In this document: piece by piece, positions 33,930 to 43,125 of the stretch | Numbering within the stretch: position 1 is the stretch's first letter | How the letters are laid out: the number at the start of each line of letters is the position of its first letter | NCBI GenBank assembly: GCA_965200145.1 | Contig: CBDATG010000002.1 | Location: 891,461 to 955,460 of the forward strand | Direction: 5' to 3' | DNA from: Dehalococcoidia bacterium | GTDB lineage: Bacteria; Chloroflexota; Dehalococcoidia; Lucifugimonadales; Lucifugimonadaceae | Length of the DNA stretch: 64,000 nucleotides | The notes under the pieces: generated by a model | Database searches by the model: none | The model's input: the letters and a program-made list of their open reading frames with translations, nothing else | Told to the model about the DNA's origin: nothing | Program-made: the position numbers and the translations under genes

Positions 33930-35837
33930 CTACTGCGTCGGCTCCAAGTTGAGCGTGATCAAGTACCAGCCATTCCAAGGCGGGTAAGGCGCAACGTACG
34001 GATCCTCAACTCCAGGCCAACCATCCCAGTACTCCGTGTTGTGCACAATCACATGCAACTCCTCAGCAATGTGAATCACCGGCATGTCGCGAAGGAAAAG
34101 CTCCATCGCACCACGAGCTAGCTCCACGTAACGCGGATCGTTCGGCGAGTGCAACATCGCCTCCATCTCGTCCAGAATCGCGTCCATCTCCGCATTCTCG
34201 TAGCGACCGCCCTGCACAGCACCCTTGTACGTCTCGCCAGGAGGTGCCGAGTTCTTCGAGTGGTAAGACTTGAACGTGTCGTAAGGCTCGTTGATCGAAC
34301 CGCACTGTACCCATACAACCTCGGTCTCGCCAAGCCGCAATCTATCGCCAATCGTTGCCGGCTCGCCCTGCTTGAACACCGCGTCGAAGCCCGCCGCCTT
34401 CAGCTGCTTCTCAAGGAACGGACCCTGCGGGCGAATCCAAGAAGGTATCTCTAGCGTGATGTTCACACGCTCCCCATCCTTCGTCCAGAAGTCCTCACTG
34501 TCCTTTGAGTAACCCGAAGACGTCATGCGCTCTTCAACCTTGGCGAGACTGAACTCCCCAGGCATGTACTTGTCGATGACATCCTGCATCAGCGGGAGGT
34601 ACTGCTTAACGCCATAAGACGAAATCGGCACCACCACCGATGGAACACCGCCTTCATACGCAAGACCGGTGATCTCGTTGCGGTCGATCGCGTGGTTGAT
34701 CGCCCAGCGCACGTTCACATCATCAAAGTGCTTCTTCTGGTTGTTCAAGATCAACACGAAGTTGCAACCATCCGGCGCTCCCCAGACCGGACCCTCAAAG
34801 TTCCAAGAACGCAACGAGTCGTTGAAGCCCTTGGCTGCCTCAAACGTACCCTTGAGCAACGGCGGACCAACATCCAGCTGGTTGTTGATGTAAAGCTGCG
34901 CCGCAATATCGTCGTTCGCGACCGGGATGTACTCAATGCGTTCCACCTGCGGCGCCGGTGAGAAACCAGTTTCCGTCGCCCACCAATCGTCGCGACGATC
35001 GTAGATCTGAACATCCGGAGTCGACAGCGCAAGACGATAAGCACCAGTCCCCAACGGCCAACCCTTCGAAGGATCGTAGTTGTTAAACGTCGTCGGGTCT
35101 TGGCCTTCCCAGACATGCTTCGGAACAATCGCCGTGTGGTTCTCCCAACCGAAACCGAACTGCACCTGGAAGAAACGAGGATCTGGACGTGTCAGGTCGA
35201 TCGTCAGATTGTAGTCGTCAGTGACCGTCACTTCGCTAATCTGATCCGCCCATAGCGAGTTGCGGGAAAGCTCCTCGTTCGCAATCACCATATCGATCGT
35301 GAACTTAACATCATGCGCCGTGAACGGTACGCCATCAGACCACTTCGCACCCTCGCGGATCTTCACATCGATCGAGTCCAGAGAATCGTTGTACTCAAAC
35401 GACTCGCCCAGCCAAGGAATGATCTCACCAGTGTTCAGATTCGTGTAGAACAGGAACTCGATCAGACCCTTCTCGGACGCATGACGGGCATGACTGTTGC
35501 CAGGCAACCACCAGTTGAAGTTCTCAACGTTGTCGTGTTGCGTACGGTATGAGTCACTCCAGTGGGTGATCACTAACGTACGGTTTCGAGGAACGTCCTT
35601 CAACGCGCTGGGATCAGGAGTCGGCGTCACCTCCACCGTTCGCTCAACTTCCACAACTTGAGTCTGAACGACGGTGCGCTCGACCTCCACGACCTGGGTT
35701 TGCACGACCGTCCTTTCAACCACCTGCGTGTGGATGATCGGCGTCGCGTCTCCACCGCCGCAGGCGATCACGATCGCTGACATGGCAAACGCCACCGCGG
35801 CAGGTACCGCAAACATCAGCCTCTTATGCAGTTTCAT
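33930..35837 (-). CDS. ABC transporter substrate-binding lipoprotein, family 5, module 2
   Basis: Lipoprotein signal MKLHKRLMFAVPAAVAFAMSAIVIAC, tether HTQVVERTVVQTQVVEVERTVVQTQVVEVERTVEV, then a family-5 SBP body. Confidence 0.85.
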   Translation of the reverse strand: MKLHKRLMFAVPAAVAFAMSAIVIACGGGDATPIIHTQVVERTVVQTQVVEVERTVVQTQVVEVERTVEVTPTPDPSALKDVPRNRTLVITHWSDSYRTQHDNVENFNWWLPGNSHARHASEKGLIEFLFYTNLNTGEIIPWLGESFEYNDSLDSIDVKIREGAKWSDGVPFTAHDVKFTIDMVIANEELSRNSLWADQISEVTVTDDYNLTIDLTRPDPRFFQVQFGFGWENHTAIVPKHVWEGQDPTTFNNYDPSKGWPLGTGAYRLALSTPDVQIYDRRDDWWATETGFSPAPQVERIEYIPVANDDIAAQLYINNQLDVGPPLLKGTFEAAKGFNDSLRSWNFEGPVWGAPDGCNFVLILNNQKKHFDDVNVRWAINHAIDRNEITGLAYEGGVPSVVVPISSYGVKQYLPLMQDVIDKYMPGEFSLAKVEERMTSSGYSKDSEDFWTKDGERVNITLEIPSWIRPQGPFLEKQLKAAGFDAVFKQGEPATIGDRLRLGETEVVWVQCGSINEPYDTFKSYHSKNSAPPGETYKGAVQGGRYENAEMDAILDEMEAMLHSPNDPRYVELARGAMELFLRDMPVIHIAEELHVIVHNTEYWDGWPGVEDPYVAPYPPWNGWYLITLNLEPTQ

Positions 35838-35912
35838 TTCTTCCCTCCGAAACTAGCGTTCGGTCGCGCCAAGTCGCGTCTCAGCACGACTCAGCGTTAC
35901 GCGTTATCATTC

Positions 35913-35940
35913 TTGACATTCCAACGCGTTGCGTTAAAGT
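35913..35940 (+). promoter_or_regulatory. Candidate promoter for the module 2 permease genes (one half of a symmetric bidirectional promoter)
   Basis: TTGACA (35913-35918), 16-nt spacer, TAAAGT (35935-35940). Confidence 0.45.
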
Positions 35941-35965
35941 TAGCGAACATTCGCAAGAATGTCAA
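35937..35965 (-). promoter_or_regulatory. Candidate promoter for the module 2 binding-protein gene (other half of the bidirectional promoter)
   Basis: On the minus strand: TTGACA (35965-35960), 17-nt spacer, TAACTT (35942-35937). Its -10 overlaps the plus-strand -10. Confidence 0.45.
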
Positions 35966-36017
35966 GATTATATCAACAACTTTCAGATTCACCACCAACC
36001 ACACGCCGACTCACCAC

Positions 36018-37022
36018 ATGACCGTCTCATACGTAGCACGACGCATCGGACTCTTTGTCGCAATGGTTTGGGTCGGCGTCACACTCGTCTTCCTGCTAAC
36101 GCGACTCGCTCCAGGCGACCCGATCGAAGCGAAGGTCGTCGCACAAGAAGCTGTCGCAGGAAACACCGGCGGAGACATAAACGCTATCGTTGACGCATAT
36201 CGCAGAAAGTTCGACCTTGACAGACCACTCCACATCCAATACATCACTTACGTATCCAACATCGTCCGTGGCGACTTCGGATACTCACTCACAAACTACC
36301 CAGCGCGAGTCATCGACAAAATCAGCGCAGCCATGCCTTGGTCCATCGGATTGATCGGCGTTACGACCGTGATATCTGTTCTCTTCGGATCGTTGGTGGG
36401 CGCGTTGATCGCGTGGCGCAGATCGTATGTTTCCATCAACATCTTCCTACCCGTGCTGATGGTCACCGCCGCTGTCCCATTCTTCCTGTTCGGACTCGTG
36501 CTCCAATTCCTATTCGGCACACTATGGCAGTGGCTGCCACCGGCTTTCGGCAAAGACCCAGGTTTCATCCTAGGATTCAACATCGAATCGGCTTGGCAGA
36601 TCATCAAACACGGAATCCTGCCGTCCACCGCCATCATCATCGGTAGCACCGGATTCTGGGGACTAGGGATGCGCGCAATGATGGTCACCACAGCCGGTGA
36701 AGACTTCATGGTCCTCGGTGATGCAAAGGGGCTGAAGGAACGACGGCTCTTCCTCGGATACGCAGTTCGAAACGTGCTGTTGCCGCAAATGACCGCACTA
36801 GCCATAGCACTGGCATACGTCGCATCCGGTCAGGTACTCGTCGAAGTCGTCTTCAACTACCCCGGACTAGGCCTACTCCTACGAAACGCTATCGGCGAGA
36901 GCGATTACTTCATGATCCAAGGCGTCGCTCTCACTGTGATAATCGCCGTCGCCATCGCACTCCTCATCATGGACCTGATATATCCACTTATTGATCCGAG
37001 AATCACATACCGACGCAGATGA
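36018..37022 (+). CDS. ABC transporter permease (DppB/OppB-like), module 2
   Basis: MTVSYVARRIGLFVAMVWVGVTLVFLL is a typical N-terminus, and the loop is MVLGDAKGLKERRLFLGYAVRNVLLP. Start moved from 35826 to Met 36018, because the first 64 codons of the track ORF cover the promoter region. Confidence 0.85.
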   Translation: MTVSYVARRIGLFVAMVWVGVTLVFLLTRLAPGDPIEAKVVAQEAVAGNTGGDINAIVDAYRRKFDLDRPLHIQYITYVSNIVRGDFGYSLTNYPARVIDKISAAMPWSIGLIGVTTVISVLFGSLVGALIAWRRSYVSINIFLPVLMVTAAVPFFLFGLVLQFLFGTLWQWLPPAFGKDPGFILGFNIESAWQIIKHGILPSTAIIIGSTGFWGLGMRAMMVTTAGEDFMVLGDAKGLKERRLFLGYAVRNVLLPQMTALAIALAYVASGQVLVEVVFNYPGLGLLLRNAIGESDYFMIQGVALTVIIAVAIALLIMDLIYPLIDPRITYRRR

Positions 37023-37028
37023 CACGCC

Positions 37029-37961
37029 GTGCAAGTTAACCCACAGATCGATACACCCGCTCCAGAGCCGGCCGAAGCATCGTACGCACGCGTCCGCGGC
37101 GCAGGTAGAACCACCGCACGTGTGTATCGGTTCTTCAGACACAACTTGAAGATCACCGCCGGCATGTCAATGGTCATGATCGTCGTGCTGTTCGGATTAG
37201 CCGGACCGATATTCGTTGACCTAGAGCGCGCCGAAGTCGGGTCATTCATTCCGCCAGGCCAGCCGCCATCTCCAGAGAACTGGCTCGGAACAGATGCGAA
37301 CGGTCGCGACATGCTCGCATGGCTCATCGACGCAACACCCGACTCCCTACGAGTCGGAATCATGGCAGGCGGACTCGGGGTAGCTTTCGGCGCAATCGTC
37401 GGTTTCATCGCCGGGTACTACGGCGGATGGATAGATGGAATTCTCCGTAACTTCACCGACATCATGCTCGCCATTCCCGGTCTCCTGGTGTTGATCGTCC
37501 TCGCAAGCGTCGTCGAAGTATTCTCGCTTGAGATGATGGCTCTCGTCATCGCCGCATTCGGATGGATGGGGGCCGCGCGCATCATACGCGCGCAAGTACT
37601 CACAATGCGCGAACGAATGTACGTTGAGATCGCACGCATGTCCGGTGAACGCGGACTCTACATCGTATTCATGGAACTGCTCCCAAACCTGATGCCATTC
37701 TTGCTGGCAGCCTTCGTGTCCACACTCATCCAATCGATCCTTGCAGCAGTCGGACTGGAGTTCCTAGGACTCGGACCAGTTGACATCTCAACTCTAGGTA
37801 ACATCCTCTACTGGCAGAACTTCTACAACGCCGTCGTAAGAGGCATGTGGTGGTGGTGGGGATCCCCAATCGTCATTTTCGTCATCCTATTCTCGGGACT
37901 CTTCATCGCCTCTATCGGACTGGACGAATGGGCGAACCCAAGGCTCCGAAGCCGAGTCTAA
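37029..37961 (+). CDS. ABC transporter permease (DppC/OppC-like), module 2
   Basis: GTDANGRDMLAWL and YVEIARMSGERGLYIVFMELLPN motifs. GTG start. Confidence 0.85.
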   Translation: MQVNPQIDTPAPEPAEASYARVRGAGRTTARVYRFFRHNLKITAGMSMVMIVVLFGLAGPIFVDLERAEVGSFIPPGQPPSPENWLGTDANGRDMLAWLIDATPDSLRVGIMAGGLGVAFGAIVGFIAGYYGGWIDGILRNFTDIMLAIPGLLVLIVLASVVEVFSLEMMALVIAAFGWMGAARIIRAQVLTMRERMYVEIARMSGERGLYIVFMELLPNLMPFLLAAFVSTLIQSILAAVGLEFLGLGPVDISTLGNILYWQNFYNAVVRGMWWWWGSPIVIFVILFSGLFIASIGLDEWANPRLRSRV

Positions 37962-38036
37962 TTACTCTGAATTGCGGCGACGGATTCAAAACCGAGACGG
38001 CGATGACGCCCAAACGCCAGTATTGGCAATCCTGAC

Positions 38037-39179
38037 GTGAAGATAACCGACGTTAGCATCTCCGTATTCGAGATGCCTACCAACACGCCGTACTTCAATC
38101 TCAAGCTCCAACAACGCGGCAAACGTCAAATCTGGCGTTCGCAACCCATCGGGAAACAACCCGACCAAATTCACATCCTACACGTTCGCACAGACGATGG
38201 CATCGAAGGAATATGCACCGTCGGAGACGCACGCTACACCTCGATGCGTGCTATCGACTTAGAGCACCTACGCCACCTAACCATCGGCGAAGACCCAATC
38301 GACAGAACCCGACTGAACGACAAACTCGCAGCCGCCACGCGGCATGTCTTTACCATGCCAAGCTGGTACGGCGCGTTCGACAACTGCCTGTGGGATATCG
38401 CAGGAAAAGCGCAAAACCTACCCGTCTACAAACTCATCGGGCAAGCACGCGAACAAGCACCCGCTTACTACAACTACCGCTCCGGCGACTCGCTGGAAGA
38501 CGCGCTAAACGATGTCCAACGCGCCCTGAGCTTGGGATTCCCGGCCGTAAAAGACCACCTCTCACACGACTTGGCAACCAACGTCAAGTGGCTCGAAGCG
38601 GTCAGAATGCAATGCGGCGACGCGGTCGACATAATGCACGACGCGGCCGGCGCCCGCTACGACCTTCACGATGCCGTTGTCGTCGGCGAAGCGTTACATC
38701 AACTCAACTATCGGTGGTTCGAAGAGCCAATACCAGATCGCGACTTCAACCAGCTACGCCAACTATGCTCACAGCTTGAGGTGCCAGTCATGGCAAACGA
38801 AACCTTGATGCACGAACCAGAAATCTGCAAGGTGTGGCTAGAGCAAGGCACATCCGACATTCTCCGCGCAAACGCACGGAACGGAACCACTGCCGTCTTG
38901 GACCTCGCAGCTCACGCCGCCGGACACAACGCACACATCGAGCTCAACGGACCAGGCGGACTTTTCGGCTTGGTACACGCTCATCTAGCCTGCGCCATCC
39001 AAAACACAACATACTACGAATACTTCCCCGGCGGCACCCGCGACGAAATCGGCAAGGAGGTCGGATTGACAAACCCTCCCATTCCGACCAATGGCCACGT
39101 AACACCTCCCAACGGACCGGGCTGGGGTGCAGAATGGGACATAGACTATTTCGAGTCAAAACGCGTCGCGACGATGTAG
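38037..39179 (+). CDS. Enolase-superfamily enzyme (mandelate racemase/muconate lactonizing/acid-sugar dehydratase type)
   Basis: MKITDVSISVFEMP capping domain, WDIAGKAQNLPVYKLIG, and barrel metal-ligand positions (DIMHDA, WFEEP, MANE). GTG start. Confidence 0.8.
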   Translation: MKITDVSISVFEMPTNTPYFNLKLQQRGKRQIWRSQPIGKQPDQIHILHVRTDDGIEGICTVGDARYTSMRAIDLEHLRHLTIGEDPIDRTRLNDKLAAATRHVFTMPSWYGAFDNCLWDIAGKAQNLPVYKLIGQAREQAPAYYNYRSGDSLEDALNDVQRALSLGFPAVKDHLSHDLATNVKWLEAVRMQCGDAVDIMHDAAGARYDLHDAVVVGEALHQLNYRWFEEPIPDRDFNQLRQLCSQLEVPVMANETLMHEPEICKVWLEQGTSDILRANARNGTTAVLDLAAHAAGHNAHIELNGPGGLFGLVHAHLACAIQNTTYYEYFPGGTRDEIGKEVGLTNPPIPTNGHVTPPNGPGWGAEWDIDYFESKRVATM

Positions 39180-39308
39180 ACAAACACGCCAACACCAACG
39201 CCCGCCATACTTGCACCATCCGCGCTCGGTTATCCTATCTGCAAGTATTCCCGCAACCACGGGAGTCAACCGCAAACATACGCTCGATCACATCCCAGGC
39301 ACTATCCA

Positions 39309-40523
39309 ATGCGAAATCCGACTCTCACAAGTCCGCGAATCGTCCGACGATCGGCAGGAAGGTTCGCCCTGTTGCTAATCGCCGCTTTCGTCACAACCGC
39401 ATCCTTACTCGCCGCCGACACGCACGCCGATTCACACCTCGTCTATTTCCAAATTTGGCGCATCGAAGCCGCAAACCAAGTCGTTGACGCTCGACCTGGA
39501 CAGCGAATCCAACTACGCTTGAACGTCTTCGACAAAGACGGCAACTCGTTGAACGCTGAGATTGACAAGACTATCCAAGAGGAAGCACTGTTCCGATGGA
39601 TCGGAGAAGGCGAATTCTCAGAGATGCGAGGTATACACCAAGCACGAAAGAGCGGACGACCCGATGACAGAGTCGTCGACTACATCGTGTCGCGAAACCC
39701 AGGCATCTACTCAGTAGTCGCTGGACTAGTCATGCCTGACCTATGCGCACCAGAACGCACAGCCGGCTGCACAGGAAGGTCAACGGCGTCGTTCACCATC
39801 AGAGCCGCGCGCTCATCAGTCGCGACCGCTACATCTACTGAACCCATGGACCCGCCGAACCCGATCCCGTCCCAGATCACTGACCCCGATGGAACCCTGT
39901 ATTCGGTAGCGATTCCAACAAAGGGTGGCGAAGCCCGCTCTGCCAACGCATCCATAGAGGTCCCGCCTGCCGCCATCAATAACAACACATTCGTCGGCAT
40001 CAGGATCAGTCAGCAGAATCCAGCCATCAACGCCGCGGATGGACCACGACGCTTCACCGTCGGCGGAGACTGGTATCAGGTCGACATCGTCAACAGCAAG
40101 GGACAACACTCTCTCGACTACAGATTAGGAGCACCGGCCACTGTATGCCTGCCAATGCCCGTTAGATTCCGCCCATACCTCTCAGACATAATGCTCGTCG
40201 AAGGCATCGGGTACAGCCGCATACTCACATCGAATCCAAGATTCGACCAAGACCATGGGTGGCGCACTTGCGGGACGACAAGCAGCCTGCCTGGTACATT
40301 CGCGGTAGCAGTACGCGGCGACAGAAGCGAACTGCTACCGCCATCGCCTACACCGATGCCAACAGAAGCGCCAGTGATTGTCATCTCAGTAGGTGCCCCC
40401 GCTCCGACCGCACACTCCGCTACCCTGTGGGCAATTCTCGGTGCAGCGATAATGACAATCGCCGCCGCGATGCTGACGATTCCCAAACTGAGACGCGCAT
40501 CGAGCAGGGACGGAAAACGCTAA
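39309..40523 (+). CDS. Hypothetical secreted protein with Pro/Thr linker and a C-terminal TM anchor plus basic tail
   Basis: N-terminal signal RFALLLIAAFVTTASLLAA. C-terminus PPSPTPMPTEAPV...LWAILGAAIMTIAAAMLTIPKLRRASSRDGKR. No family recognised. Confidence 0.5.
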   Translation: MRNPTLTSPRIVRRSAGRFALLLIAAFVTTASLLAADTHADSHLVYFQIWRIEAANQVVDARPGQRIQLRLNVFDKDGNSLNAEIDKTIQEEALFRWIGEGEFSEMRGIHQARKSGRPDDRVVDYIVSRNPGIYSVVAGLVMPDLCAPERTAGCTGRSTASFTIRAARSSVATATSTEPMDPPNPIPSQITDPDGTLYSVAIPTKGGEARSANASIEVPPAAINNNTFVGIRISQQNPAINAADGPRRFTVGGDWYQVDIVNSKGQHSLDYRLGAPATVCLPMPVRFRPYLSDIMLVEGIGYSRILTSNPRFDQDHGWRTCGTTSSLPGTFAVAVRGDRSELLPPSPTPMPTEAPVIVISVGAPAPTAHSATLWAILGAAIMTIAAAMLTIPKLRRASSRDGKR

Positions 40524-40548
40524 TCCGCTCCGATATTCCCTGCGTGAC

Positions 40549-42084
40549 TCACTCCCGCGAAACGTAATCCATCTCCGGGCGAAGATCCCAGCGTAGCGTG
40601 TCTGGCGGGTCCGTGTTGCGCGCCCACTGCACCATCAAATCCTGTTCTCGCTTCAATACGCGCATCCGGCCCGCTATACGATCCGGATCCCAATGCTCCA
40701 ATACACGCCGCATCAGTGCCTCGCGAACTGACCTGCATCGCGGGTCGTTGGCGCGGTCATCTAGCTCATCTGGATCATCCGCCAAGTTGAAAAGCTGCGG
40801 ATCGTCGTAACCGTGGTAGTAGACCAGCTTCCAATTTCCAACGCGTACCATGCGATTCTGCACCCCGCCTGGCTTCGCATGCACATCAGCACCACCCAAG
40901 TTCGGTGAATCCGCACTTCCAGACGACGAATCGTTCATGCAGTACTCGCTGAAAACCGCATCCTTCCACGGCGCATTCTCGGGATCGCCAATAAGCGGCA
41001 AGACACTCATGCCATGTCCCTGCGGCAACGATGGAGCACCTGCCGCATCAAGCATCGTCGCGGCCAAGTCGAACTGCTCTATCGGAGTATCAATCACCGT
41101 CCCACCAGGAATCCTACCTGGCCAACTCACGATAGCAGGCACGCGAACCGAGTTCTCATAAAACGACTGTTTCCACCAAAGACCATGCTCCCCAACCTGC
41201 TCCCCATGGTCAGACGTATAGATGATCATCGCGTTATCCATGAAGCCATTCGATCCCAACGAATCCAGTACATCACCTATCAACTGGTCCGTCCTATCGA
41301 CCAGAGCCCAGTACGCCGTACGCGCTCGAATCGCGTCTGCATCGGGTACCTCCTCAATCCCAGTCCGCTCCCGCCACCAGCGTATGTAAGGATGACAAGC
41401 ATCCATATCCTCAACCGGTATCGGTGGCAAGCCGACCTTGCCATCGTACCGATCGTAATCATCCGGTCGCGCCACAAACGGTTGGTGCGGCAACATAAGA
41501 CCAATCGACAAGCACAGCGGACTGTCATCGATCCCTGAACGCCGCGCTATCCCCTTGTTGTTGATGAAATCTACCGCCGACTGCACAACATACTCATCAT
41601 GCACCTCGTACGCAGATTGCCCACGGCCTGAGAGTTCCAAACTAACTCGCGCCGGACCAGCCGTGCCGTGTAGCATCCCATGATCAACTCCGTGCGGACT
41701 GCCAGGATGATTCGGACCGTGATCACCGACGTATCGACGAGAGAAACCGTGCAACTGGTCAGCCCCGTTGAAATGCATCCTCCCCACCTGAACCGGATCA
41801 TAACCCACCGCGCCCAATGCATGGGCATACGTCGGAACCGCCGAACTCAGTATCTGGTCGTTGGTCCAGACCTCAGTCTCGTACGGATAACGTCCCGTAA
41901 CTAGCGCAGTCCGAGATGGCACGCAGATCGGGGAAGCGCAGTACGCCGCCGTGAAACGAGCACCTGATGCCGCTAAACGGTCCAAGTTCGGCGTGCTTAC
42001 TACGTCATCGCCAGCGCAACCCATAACAACCGGACTGTGCTGGTCAGATTGGATATAAACGATGTTGGGAGCGTCTTCCTTCAT
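40549..42084 (-). CDS. Sulfatase (formylglycine-dependent arylsulfatase/choline-sulfatase-like)
   Basis: N-terminus NIVYIQSDQH, FGly motif CASPICVPSRTALVTGRYP (CxPxR), and YTSDHGE. Confidence 0.88.
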   Translation of the reverse strand: MKEDAPNIVYIQSDQHSPVVMGCAGDDVVSTPNLDRLAASGARFTAAYCASPICVPSRTALVTGRYPYETEVWTNDQILSSAVPTYAHALGAVGYDPVQVGRMHFNGADQLHGFSRRYVGDHGPNHPGSPHGVDHGMLHGTAGPARVSLELSGRGQSAYEVHDEYVVQSAVDFINNKGIARRSGIDDSPLCLSIGLMLPHQPFVARPDDYDRYDGKVGLPPIPVEDMDACHPYIRWWRERTGIEEVPDADAIRARTAYWALVDRTDQLIGDVLDSLGSNGFMDNAMIIYTSDHGEQVGEHGLWWKQSFYENSVRVPAIVSWPGRIPGGTVIDTPIEQFDLAATMLDAAGAPSLPQGHGMSVLPLIGDPENAPWKDAVFSEYCMNDSSSGSADSPNLGGADVHAKPGGVQNRMVRVGNWKLVYYHGYDDPQLFNLADDPDELDDRANDPRCRSVREALMRRVLEHWDPDRIAGRMRVLKREQDLMVQWARNTDPPDTLRWDLRPEMDYVSRE

Positions 42085-42105
42085 GTTGTCCTAACCATCA
42101 CTCCT

Positions 42106-43122
42106 TCATGGATTGGTCGTCGTCGCACTAACCGCTGAGCCTTCAACCGCGTGATCGTCAAACAAATAGCAGGCCACGGCGACATCCGGCGCTACCTGGT
42201 ACCGACGAGGATGTGCCGCATGGCAACGTTCCATAACCTCAGGACAACGGTCGGCGAACTTACAACCCAGAGTCTCACCCGCCTCGTCGATCGACATCAG
42301 GTTCACCGCACCCGATTCCCAGTTCGTATCCTCTCCCATCTGCGGTATCGATTCAACCAGCAACCGTGTGTACGGGTGTCGCGGCGACTTGATCACCTGC
42401 TCAACGTTCCCCTGCTCGACAACCGAACCCTTGTACATGACTAGGATGTCATTGCAGATCTGATACGCCGTAGTGAGATCATGCGTAACGTAAACGATCG
42501 AGATGCCCAAGTCGCGATTCAGCGTCCGAATAGACTCCAAAATCGTCGCTCGCAAAGACGCATCTACCATCGATACCGGCTCGTCCGCCAAGATGATCCG
42601 CGGCTTCAGCAACAGCGCGCGGGCGACCATCATCCGTTGTCGCTGGCCGCCGCTCAGCTGATGCGGATACCTCCCTAGCATCTCCTCCGGTCGCAGTCCA
42701 ACCGTCTCCAAAGCCTCATTGATCAGACGAGTACGATCCTGACGTGTGTCCGCCAAACGGAACTTATCGATCGCAACATGCAACAGATGATCAGCCTTGT
42801 AGAACGGGTTGTAAACCTCAAACGGATCCTGGAATATCGGCTGAACCTCACGACGGAATTGACGACGCTGAGATCCAGACATCTGCGAAACATCCTGCCC
42901 ATCGTAGATGACATTCCCATCCGTAGGACGTATCACACCGAGTAGCAACCTCGCAAGCGTCGTCTTACCTGACCCGCTCTCTCCCGCGACCGCAGTGATG
43001 CTCGCAACATCAGCGTCTATCGCAAACGAGACATCCTCAACCGCCACCGTCCGACTGGCGCGTTTGAACAACCCGCCGCCGAAGACCTTGGTCACAGATT
43101 TCAATTCCAACAGATTCGACAT
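42106..43122 (-). CDS. ABC transporter ATP-binding protein (DppF/OppF-like), module 3
   Basis: GESGSGKTTLARLLLGV, LSGGQRQR, ILADEPVSMVD. It shares long identical peptide runs with the module 1 OppF-like protein. Confidence 0.88.
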   Translation of the reverse strand: MSNLLELKSVTKVFGGGLFKRASRTVAVEDVSFAIDADVASITAVAGESGSGKTTLARLLLGVIRPTDGNVIYDGQDVSQMSGSQRRQFRREVQPIFQDPFEVYNPFYKADHLLHVAIDKFRLADTRQDRTRLINEALETVGLRPEEMLGRYPHQLSGGQRQRMMVARALLLKPRIILADEPVSMVDASLRATILESIRTLNRDLGISIVYVTHDLTTAYQICNDILVMYKGSVVEQGNVEQVIKSPRHPYTRLLVESIPQMGEDTNWESGAVNLMSIDEAGETLGCKFADRCPEVMERCHAAHPRRYQVAPDVAVACYLFDDHAVEGSAVSATTTNP

Positions 43123-43125
43123 GGC

